Shown piece after piece: positions 1 to 7,722 of a stretch of 12,490 bases of DNA. The notes below the pieces were generated by a model. That model did not search any database. It worked only from the letters and a program-made list of their open reading frames with translations, and had not been told where the DNA came from. Position numbers and translations under genes: made by a program. Location: NCBI GenBank assembly GCA_964549075.1, contig CAZJUB010000075.1:1-12490 (forward strand), given 5' to 3'. Position 1 is the stretch's first letter; every line of letters begins with the position of its first letter. This DNA is from an uncultured archaeon. GTDB lineage: Archaea > Asgardarchaeota > Heimdallarchaeia > Heimdallarchaeales > Heimdallarchaeaceae.

Positions 1-275
1 TCACTCATCCCGAAAAAACCTAATATCTCCTCACTCTCATGTATTAGTTCATGTAGTTTTTTTAATTCTATCTCTCTCCCTAATTCGTCAGTAAATGCTA
101 TCTCATATTTCCACGCTCTCTTCTCCTTCCTCTCTATTAACCATCCTTTCTGTTCTTCATAGAAATTTTTCAGGAAGAATTTTAGTCCATCAACTGTTGT
201 TATCTTGTATCTTGTTAATTCTACTTTTCCTTCTTTTCCTTCTACATATATCTTGAAGATCATTCGCCAAGTCAT
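1..275 (-). CDS. Hypothetical protein, 3'-truncated by the window edge (not in the ORF track)
   Basis: Manual translation from ATG at 275: MTWRMIFKIYVEGKEGKVELTRYKITTVDGLKFFLKNFYEEQKGWLIERKEKRAWKYEIAFTDELGREIELKKLHELIHESEEILGFFGMS..., 91 codons with no stop. The coding strand is purine-rich and the composition is protein-like. An alternative ATG lies at 263. Confidence 0.8.
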   Translation of the reverse strand, partial: MTWRMIFKIYVEGKEGKVELTRYKITTVDGLKFFLKNFYEEQKGWLIERKEKRAWKYEIAFTDELGREIELKKLHELIHESEEILGFFGMS

Positions 276-315
276 AGTCGTTCTTTTCTCTTTTTCTAGC
301 TAATGATTCCTTTGG

Positions 316-323
316 TATTTAAA
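316..323 (-). promoter_or_regulatory. Putative archaeal TATA box (TTTAAATA) for the 1-275 gene
   Basis: Minus strand reads cccgccTTTAAATAcc about 40 nt upstream of ATG 275. The AT-rich background lowers specificity. Confidence 0.4.
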
Positions 324-369
324 GGCGGGAAAGATTTTCTCGAGTTTATAAATCAATTTAAGTATTATA

Positions 370-448
370 GATTGAAGCTGGCTAAATTGTATTTATTTCA
401 ACTTCTATAACTCATCAGCATCTTCTTTTTCAGTAGCTAGCTTCAATC
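370..448. repeat. 15-bp inverted repeat enclosing 49 nt
   Basis: GATTGAAGCTGGCTA (370-384) and TAGCTAGCTTCAATC (434-448) are complementary at 14/15 positions. The single mismatch would be a G-U pair in a plus-strand RNA. Confidence 0.75.
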
Positions 449-502
449 CACTCTTTCTCTCATTTAATCTTAAAACAAGTTATTAGTAATAGACTTGAAA
501 GA

Positions 503-583
503 TATATGAAATATAATTAAAAAAATACTCTATATTTCACAAATTATATGAAATATTGTTTATTATATGATGTATATTTTCAC
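503..583. promoter_or_regulatory. Two ~42-bp tandem units, each an inverted half-site pair (putative operator array)
   Basis: TATATGAAATAT occurs at 503-514 and 545-556. TATATTTCAC is at 531-540 and TATATTTTCAC at 573-583. TGAAATATA (507-515) is the exact reverse complement of TATATTTCA (531-539). Confidence 0.5.
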
Positions 584-692
584 TTATATTTGCTATATGT
601 TAAACGTTAAAAAAGCTGATTAGAAAGCCTTAAAAGGCATTTTTCGAAAATAAATTTGTGAACAGAATAGTAATCATTGTCATTAACTTACA

Positions 693-2105
693 ATGATCTA
701 TATTATTAACTCCAAAAATACTATAATACTCATTGACTTGAGGAGATGGGAATTGAACAGAGAAGAAATTGATTTGAGTAATAACAAAGATAAGAATCTC
801 TTAACAATTTTATTACAACTATTGTTATCTCCACTACTCATGGTTATTTTTAGTTGTACCTTAGTTAGCTTAATTATTATCGGCACTTTGCAGAATATCT
901 TTATCCTTCTAACTTGCAAAAAAAATCAATTATTATCAACGTGGTCTGAAATCTGTATAAGGAAGTTTTCTAACTATGTCTTCAATTCATTATTGTTAGA
1001 GGAAGAAAAAAAACTTGAAAATGTACAAGTAAATTCAGCTTTAGAAAATGACACTCAAAATTATCAGATATTGGATGTCTTAAAGAGAATTCCCTTCCTT
1101 GTTATTTTATTCATTGTTTGGATTTTCTACTCTATAGGTTTTTATTTTTATTTCTATGCCATTCATTTAAAATATATCACTAAAAAATATCCAACAGGAT
1201 CGATAAAAAATGCAAAAATCATAATTTCTGATTTGGTACGATTAACTAACTTCCTTGTCTACAATACCGAATCTTCCCAAAAAATGAATTGGTTGTATGA
1301 AAATGAATGGAAATCTCTTATTTTTATTTTATGTATCTCATTTTTTTTCTCGCTAAATGTACTAAGATATAACTCATTTTATTTCTCCCCTCTTATTGTT
1401 CTTTTGATCTTTTTAGGGATATTTGTTGTTTTAATACCAATTTATCTCAAAATGCCATCTGATGATGTTTCTCCTTCATTTAAAGAAATTCTAACCAATA
1501 TTGGATTTAAATTATCTAAAAGTGTAATAAAAGACACTTTAATAGCCTTCACTATTGTTTCCTTCATATTACTCCTAATTTACAGTTTTCTTCTTCTGTT
1601 TTTTTATGATTTTAGTGACATTGTAACTTATGGAAGGGATACTTGGTATTATATTATTCAAGGACTATATCCAGGAATTACAGAAGAAATTATTTTTAGG
1701 GGATATGTGATGAGAATATTTAGAAGAAAAAATAGTGTTAGAAAAACCATTATCATTTCTAGTGTCGTTTTTGGACTAATACATCTTATTGGAGCTACTC
1801 TTGATTCATATGGATTTTCTATTCTTCAAGTAATATTTGCAACACTTTTTGGTATAATTTTAGCATTTTTCAGAGTCGTCTCAAATTCCTTACTTGGTCC
1901 CATTATAATTCATTCTACGTATGATTGTGTTATCTATTCTGTTTTATTGGTTAATGATAATGTTCCTCCATTTGTCGATTATATAACCTATATTATTGCT
2001 ATAGTGACTCTAATTCTATCCTTGTTGTTGTTTGTTCCTTTTCTTAAATGGGCTTATAATAGAAAAAATCTATACTTATTACGAAAGAAAGAAATAAAAT
2101 CATAA
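693..2105 (+). CDS. CPBP family (Abi/CAAX type II) intramembrane glutamic endopeptidase with N-terminal tandem DUF4389-like membrane repeats
   Basis: CPBP motifs are EEIIFRG (aa331-337), FGLIH (H364) and HSTYD (aa407-411), and the protein has many TM segments. Two N-terminal blocks resemble DUF4389. The real start may be the in-frame TTG at 753, which is preceded by AGGAG at 741-745. Confidence 0.85.
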   Translation: MIYIINSKNTIILIDLRRWELNREEIDLSNNKDKNLLTILLQLLLSPLLMVIFSCTLVSLIIIGTLQNIFILLTCKKNQLLSTWSEICIRKFSNYVFNSLLLEEEKKLENVQVNSALENDTQNYQILDVLKRIPFLVILFIVWIFYSIGFYFYFYAIHLKYITKKYPTGSIKNAKIIISDLVRLTNFLVYNTESSQKMNWLYENEWKSLIFILCISFFFSLNVLRYNSFYFSPLIVLLIFLGIFVVLIPIYLKMPSDDVSPSFKEILTNIGFKLSKSVIKDTLIAFTIVSFILLLIYSFLLLFFYDFSDIVTYGRDTWYYIIQGLYPGITEEIIFRGYVMRIFRRKNSVRKTIIISSVVFGLIHLIGATLDSYGFSILQVIFATLFGIILAFFRVVSNSLLGPIIIHSTYDCVIYSVLLVNDNVPPFVDYITYIIAIVTLILSLLLFVPFLKWAYNRKNLYLLRKKEIKS

Positions 2106-2242
2106 TCTTGCTTTACCATTTGAATTTAAAAACAATTGACTACTAAATTTCATCTAATTTTATTTTTGTGTCTAATATAAATAGTCAAAAATTTTACATA
2201 ATCGTAAGAAGTTATTATAGTTTGATAGGTTAGTGAATAACA

Positions 2243-4228
2243 ATGTTCTCTCAGAAACAAGAAAAGGAAGAATACCAATTTCTAATAAACGAAATTAATT
2301 CATTAGATTATGAGCATACTCTTGAAAAATACAACGAACTAAAACCAAAAATTGAGAGATTCTTCAAGAATGCTAAAGATGTTATAAATCTAGACATACT
2401 TAAGGATAAAATTACTAGTATTCCAGTTTTTCGAACAAAAGAAGCTGATATTGGATTCTTCTTAGAATTCATATCAGATTTGAAAGGAGTAGCAAATAGG
2501 TGTGTTTGGGAAATTCTTTTCACAAAATTATGGTACCACAAATTTGATGAAAAGAAAGAAAATATAGAAGCTAATCAAGAAAACGACCTTGGAACTAGAA
2601 TTATAGCATCTCTTAGATGTTCAGATAAAATGCTAACAAAAATCTACTTATATCGTAAATATACTACACTTTTTTCCTTTTCTGAGTGGTATTATATTTT
2701 TGGTGATAAAACCATCATAAATCTGCACAAGATAAAAATAAGTAACACTAAAGATTTAGTCAATGCGACACTTTCATTCTTTAGGTCAGAAAAATTATCA
2801 CTTGAAGATTTGTATGAAGAAATAACGAAAATAATTGAACAAATGAAAAATCAAGAAGATGAAAATATTCTCAAAAACATGAAAAATTGGCTTGCTGAAT
2901 TACTTTCTTTATGGGGATTTCCACCAGAAAATGAAATAATTAAATTGTTTGATTCTTTTATGGATGTAGAAAAGGATCTAGTTAATGTACTTGGAGTTGG
3001 TTACTATGAACATATTTTACATTCCTTAAGAGTATTTCTTCTTGGCTTTCAATTAATTGCAATTATTAGAGATTATGAGAATCGCTTTGATAAGAATCAA
3101 TTTAAAATCGATATATTGGGATGGGTCATAGCTTCTTTCTTTCATGACTTAGGTTATGGAGTTGAAAAAATCAATAAATTAACATCAAGCATTCAGAGAA
3201 GTTATACAAATTTTGGAAAAGTAGATGCATCTTCATTTATAATCTCAGAATCAGGAAGAATAATTGCTGAAAAATTGATGAATTCTATGGAAAAGATAAT
3301 AAAACTTGATAATTCAGAATATTCTTTTCTTCCAGATGAATTTGAACATTTAAAAATCAATCCTATTTTAAAAAGCTGGGATGAGAAAAACCATGGTATT
3401 ATAAGTTCAGTTGTATTTTGGCAATCACTTATAGATTTAGTGGCAAGAGATTATACATTTTACCTTAAGCACCAAAGAAATTGGAATGATATTTTTTATA
3501 GAGTATTATTAGCTATGACATTGCATTCAATGAATCCAGATCACGCATATTACTTCAATTTTGATGTTCCAAAAAAAAATGAAGAAGGATTATCCCCTTC
3601 TTATGATATTAACGAACATCCTCTGCTAATCTCATTCATTCTTCTTTTATTTGATACAATAGAATACATAGAAAGAAGAACATTTACAGGTAAAACTTAC
3701 TTAGATGTCGCTCAACCTAATATAGACCTTGAACTAGAAATTGATTTTAACTACTCTTTAAAGAGATATATAGAGGTTAATATTTCTGCTATATATGACA
3801 ATATGAATGAAAATGAAATTGTTGAAATAGCTGACAAAATTCTTCCAAAATTTTATGGTTTCTCCTCATATAATTATGGTGTTAATATGAGCTTACAAAA
3901 TAAAGGAAGTTCAAAGAAGGTAATATTCCCACTTTTAAGGAGCGAATATGAAAGATTTGATGCATACACTAAAGACAATAATATTAAAACTGAAATTAAA
4001 GAAATTGAAGAATTACATGAATTATATAAGAGTTATTTTTTTGTTATATTAACTGAGAATGGATATAATGAGCAAGAAATAGAAACGATTGTTAGAGAAA
4101 AAGATTTGAAACACCTAATTCCAAAGAGAGTTAGCTTTCAAATATATTGTTTTGCATCTATGAAAAAAAAATTCATGCGAAATTTTGATAGATTTAAGGC
4201 AGATGAGAAATTCTTAGAATTAATTTAA
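2243..4228 (+). CDS. HD-superfamily metal-dependent phosphohydrolase with a long helical N-terminal region
   Basis: Motif series: EHILHSLRVFLLG (H257/H260), FFHDLGY (H301-D302), NHGIISS (H384), LHS (H428) and LLFDTIE (D471). This is the H...HD...H...H...D order of HD domains. Confidence 0.8.
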   Translation: MFSQKQEKEEYQFLINEINSLDYEHTLEKYNELKPKIERFFKNAKDVINLDILKDKITSIPVFRTKEADIGFFLEFISDLKGVANRCVWEILFTKLWYHKFDEKKENIEANQENDLGTRIIASLRCSDKMLTKIYLYRKYTTLFSFSEWYYIFGDKTIINLHKIKISNTKDLVNATLSFFRSEKLSLEDLYEEITKIIEQMKNQEDENILKNMKNWLAELLSLWGFPPENEIIKLFDSFMDVEKDLVNVLGVGYYEHILHSLRVFLLGFQLIAIIRDYENRFDKNQFKIDILGWVIASFFHDLGYGVEKINKLTSSIQRSYTNFGKVDASSFIISESGRIIAEKLMNSMEKIIKLDNSEYSFLPDEFEHLKINPILKSWDEKNHGIISSVVFWQSLIDLVARDYTFYLKHQRNWNDIFYRVLLAMTLHSMNPDHAYYFNFDVPKKNEEGLSPSYDINEHPLLISFILLLFDTIEYIERRTFTGKTYLDVAQPNIDLELEIDFNYSLKRYIEVNISAIYDNMNENEIVEIADKILPKFYGFSSYNYGVNMSLQNKGSSKKVIFPLLRSEYERFDAYTKDNNIKTEIKEIEELHELYKSYFFVILTENGYNEQEIETIVREKDLKHLIPKRVSFQIYCFASMKKKFMRNFDRFKADEKFLELI

Positions 4229-4397
4229 GAGTAAAAAAACGCTACTTTTAATATTTTTGAGGAACCTGATGAAGCAATACAAATACTTAATTTTACTTCT
4301 AGATTTACTAAACTAATATATTTCTAAGAGTGGAGAGAATTTTCTGGTTTTTTAAATTTAAGCAACAATCTTTAATTTTTAAATAATATATAATAAA

Positions 4398-4430
4398 TTT
4401 ATATACACAAATCTAGATTATATCTGGGAG
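4398..4430 (+). promoter_or_regulatory. Putative TATA box and SD-like motif for the STAND-TPR gene
   Basis: TTTATATA at 4398-4405 and GGGAG at 4426-4430, upstream of ATG 4440. A palindrome AATCTAGATT (4410-4419) lies between them. Confidence 0.4.
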
Positions 4431-4439
4431 AAGAGAAAG

Positions 4440-7400
4440 ATGATAGAATGGCTATTACAGAATTCTCGGAATATTGTTTTTTGGTTTATCTTAGTTTTGA
4501 TAGAAATCCCAATCACTACATTAATTCAAATCTATCTTAATCTATCTTGGTATAATTTACTAATTCTTTCTGTTTCCTTATTCATCTTTTTCTTCATTCT
4601 TGATAAATGGTTTTTTTATATTCTTAAAATATCCACATATATTTATGATTTGATAAAAGAATTCAAAGAGTCAACTCCAGGTTCCTATATAGATTCAGAG
4701 GAGTTCTTAGTCTCAAATAGGTTAGTGAAACCTTTTGATAAAGAAAATTTCTCAATTCCTTCTGTTAGCCCCGAGTTTATGCAATATCAAAATTATTTAT
4801 TCGAGGTAGAAGATGTTAAATTAACAGCTGAAAAGACATTTCTTACAGATGTTATTGAAAATCATTCACAAATTTTACTCTGTAGTTCTGGTGGAATGGG
4901 AAAAACAACTTCTTTATTTCAGATAGGTTATAATTCATTAGAATACTTAGAGAAAGTATTTCCAACGGATAGATTTTATATTTTATTCTTTAAAATCCTT
5001 ATCAGATCAATTAGATTTAGAAAAAATAAAAACCTTAAGTTGTTATACCTTCCATTATTATTTAATTTTAATAAACAAAAAACAAAAGTAAATCAAATAT
5101 TTCCAGATAATTCTTCTCTCCACAGTTGTAAAAAAATCGTTAAAATGAGTAAAAAGCTGTATAGATTAAAAGTAAGTTTTCTATTATTATTTGACAATTT
5201 TATCCCTCATCCTGATGACTTAAATCAACTTGAAACTAAATTTGAAGAAATCAAACAGTTTTCAAGTAAAATAATATGTACTACTAGTTTAGCTATATTA
5301 CAAAGTCACAAAGTGCAAAATGCATTACGAAGTAAGAATTTCGCAATTTATATTCTGGATTATTTAGATTTTTCAGATGTTAATAATTTTCTTAATCATC
5401 TAGAATCGAATGTTCAAAGAGAAGAGAAAGTAGAACCACTCTTATATGAAATAGGTATCAAACCATTTGAACCATGGTTACAAACTAGATTGATGAATTT
5501 ACTTCGACATCCATTATACATGTACTTTTACAGAAAGATCTCATCTAGTTCTATTAATGAAGATATAATGGCTATGGAACTATTCGAAAAATATTTTTCA
5601 CTTCTCAAAGAAGAAATTGAAGAAAAAATAGGATATAAGTATTTTATTAATACGGAAGAATTCATTAATAATATAACTTTGTGGTTTTTAAATGAGAAAT
5701 TTGGTTCATTTATACCTATTTCTGATCGTTTCCTTTTATATAAGAACCAGTTACTAGAAGATAATATTATCATCAGACAAGAATCCAGCTTTTTTTGGCA
5801 TTCTGAACTAGATGCTTATATTATTTATTTAATAGTTACAAAAGAGTTGTATAAGAAAGCTAAAGAAGAATATATGGCTTATGAACCTATTATTTTCTTC
5901 TTAGAAACCCTAGTAGAGAGAGACGAGTGGTTTCTATTATATCTTCCTAAATTCTTAGAGCTTCTTACTCTTTCTACTAATTCAAATCTTCTACAAGCTT
6001 TCTTTCAGCAATTTATCCAGCTTAATATAAGTCAAAAATTAATTGATAAAGGACGTGATTTTGAAATTCAACAGTATTTATTTGATGATTTAGCATATAT
6101 TTTGTCAATTGTTCATAAAAAATATGAGGAAGCTAATATTTTCTTCGATTTTTCAGAAAAATTAGGAGAAACAACTATTCACCATTATAATTTACGTATC
6201 AACAATGAACTAAATTTCGGAAATACTCAAAAAATGAAATTATATGCAGAAAAAATAATTGAAATTGATCCATATAATTCATCAGCATATGGCACACTAG
6301 GAGTAAGTGAAATGTTAAATAGGAACTTTGTGAGTGCAATAAAAATTCTATCTGAAGGAATAGGTAAACATCCAAAGGATAGATTCTTAGCTAAGAATCT
6401 AGCTATAGCTCAGAATTTTGGTCTTCATTATAAAGAATCTTTACATACAATTGAACAATTCTTTCCTGATACAATTATTTGGAAAAATGTCAAGCAAAAT
6501 AAGAAATATTTTGGTTTAGATCTTGCTTATCTTAAGGCAATGGATTTCTTTCAGATTAAAGATGTAGATAGAAGTATCAAAATATTAAAAGATGTTATTA
6601 TTTTAGGTTCAAAAGAAGCTAGATTTAGGCAATCTCTAGCTTATATATACGCAGTTAAAAAGAATTATACAGATTCACTCAATTTGTTTGAAGAGATTCA
6701 TTCTGTTCTTAACCTATATTATCCTGAACTTTATTTTGGATGGATAATTGTCATGATAGAATCAGGTAGACTGGATAGATTGTCTGAAATCTTAGATGAG
6801 TTTGAATCTAAATATCCAAATGAATCTAGATTACTATTCCTTAAAGGAAGATTATCAGAATTTAGGAATGAGGATGATAAAGCAATCAACTATTATAAAG
6901 AGGTTTTAGATCAACGAGTTGTTCAAAAAGAAGCATTAAAGCGACTAATGAATATTTATTATAAGGAAGGAAGAACTGAAGAAGCATCATCTATTTTAAA
7001 GCAAGCTATAGAGAAATTCCCTAAAGAACAATATTTTCAGTATTTAAAAACAGATATTTTAAAAGAGAGAGACAGGATAAAACAAATCAAATCAAAGGTT
7101 CAAGAATTTCAGAACAAGGAGGATGATAATCAAGACATAAAAATAGAGAATGTAGTTAATATGATAGATAATAAAATAACTCTTGATCCAGAATCTATTG
7201 AAGCACTAACCTTACTAGGTACCGGTGAGCTTAATTCTGTTGAACTTAGTATAAAGATTCTTAAGAAAAAACTTCCAAATATAAATGTAAACAAAATCGA
7301 AAGAGTTCATGATTTGATAGAACTAGTAGTACAAACCTTTAGCTTTAACCAATTTTTATCAAATTTAATAGGAGGTAAAATTCCAGAAGAAGTTCAGAAT

Positions 7401-7610
7401 ACTATTATGAGTGATTTGGATATTTTTTTAATTGCATCAAAAGACAAAGAATATTTGCTTGAAGGATTGGTTGGTTCTCTTATATTCATTGAAAAATACA
7501 TTTTTAGACTCAGAATATTAAATTTAATCACAGACACTTTTAAACAGTTAGGCAAAGATGAATTAGCAGAAAGATTTAGTAAGTGGATAAAGAATATAAT
7601 TGAAAATTGA
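4440..7610 (+). CDS. Membrane-anchored STAND (NACHT-like) NTPase with C-terminal TPR repeats
   Basis: Two N-terminal hydrophobic helices (aa ~12-62). Walker A ILLCSSGGMGKTT (K155), Walker B-like LLLFDNF (D252), sensor-1-like IICTTS and the STAND xPL motif LRHPLYM. TPR-like repeats from ~aa590-875, e.g. IEIDPYNSSAYGTLG, KHPKDRFLAKNLA, KYPNESRLLFLKG...AINYYKEVL, GRTEEASSILKQAIEKFP. Confidence 0.8.
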   Translation: MIEWLLQNSRNIVFWFILVLIEIPITTLIQIYLNLSWYNLLILSVSLFIFFFILDKWFFYILKISTYIYDLIKEFKESTPGSYIDSEEFLVSNRLVKPFDKENFSIPSVSPEFMQYQNYLFEVEDVKLTAEKTFLTDVIENHSQILLCSSGGMGKTTSLFQIGYNSLEYLEKVFPTDRFYILFFKILIRSIRFRKNKNLKLLYLPLLFNFNKQKTKVNQIFPDNSSLHSCKKIVKMSKKLYRLKVSFLLLFDNFIPHPDDLNQLETKFEEIKQFSSKIICTTSLAILQSHKVQNALRSKNFAIYILDYLDFSDVNNFLNHLESNVQREEKVEPLLYEIGIKPFEPWLQTRLMNLLRHPLYMYFYRKISSSSINEDIMAMELFEKYFSLLKEEIEEKIGYKYFINTEEFINNITLWFLNEKFGSFIPISDRFLLYKNQLLEDNIIIRQESSFFWHSELDAYIIYLIVTKELYKKAKEEYMAYEPIIFFLETLVERDEWFLLYLPKFLELLTLSTNSNLLQAFFQQFIQLNISQKLIDKGRDFEIQQYLFDDLAYILSIVHKKYEEANIFFDFSEKLGETTIHHYNLRINNELNFGNTQKMKLYAEKIIEIDPYNSSAYGTLGVSEMLNRNFVSAIKILSEGIGKHPKDRFLAKNLAIAQNFGLHYKESLHTIEQFFPDTIIWKNVKQNKKYFGLDLAYLKAMDFFQIKDVDRSIKILKDVIILGSKEARFRQSLAYIYAVKKNYTDSLNLFEEIHSVLNLYYPELYFGWIIVMIESGRLDRLSEILDEFESKYPNESRLLFLKGRLSEFRNEDDKAINYYKEVLDQRVVQKEALKRLMNIYYKEGRTEEASSILKQAIEKFPKEQYFQYLKTDILKERDRIKQIKSKVQEFQNKEDDNQDIKIENVVNMIDNKITLDPESIEALTLLGTGELNSVELSIKILKKKLPNINVNKIERVHDLIELVVQTFSFNQFLSNLIGGKIPEEVQNTIMSDLDIFLIASKDKEYLLEGLVGSLIFIEKYIFRLRILNLITDTFKQLGKDELAERFSKWIKNIIEN

Positions 7611-7722
7611 AAGTTTCCATGGATAAAGTATTCTGTTTTTATTAAATGATTTAAGTTACATTTATATATTTGATTCCTTAGTAGTCAACTACCTACCTTA
7701 TTTTACCCACTTTATGTAGTAG

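Noticed and set aside
480-620. Repeats considered as a CRISPR mini-array or replication origin
   Set aside because: Only two AT-rich units, no repeat-spacer series, no cas or orc1/cdc6 gene and no G-string ORB motif.
2243-4228. HD protein as Cas3'', Cas10-HD, dGTPase or HD-GYP
   Set aside because: No CRISPR/cas context, no GYP motif, and no dGTPase-type RxTHSxEV/GHxPFGH motifs.
4229-4327. ~30 open codons in frame after the HD gene stop (..NIFEEPDEAIQILNF..), suggesting an eroded C-terminus or read-through
   Set aside because: Two in-frame stops (TAA GAG TAA) close the gene, the stretch is short, and homologues would be needed to support it.
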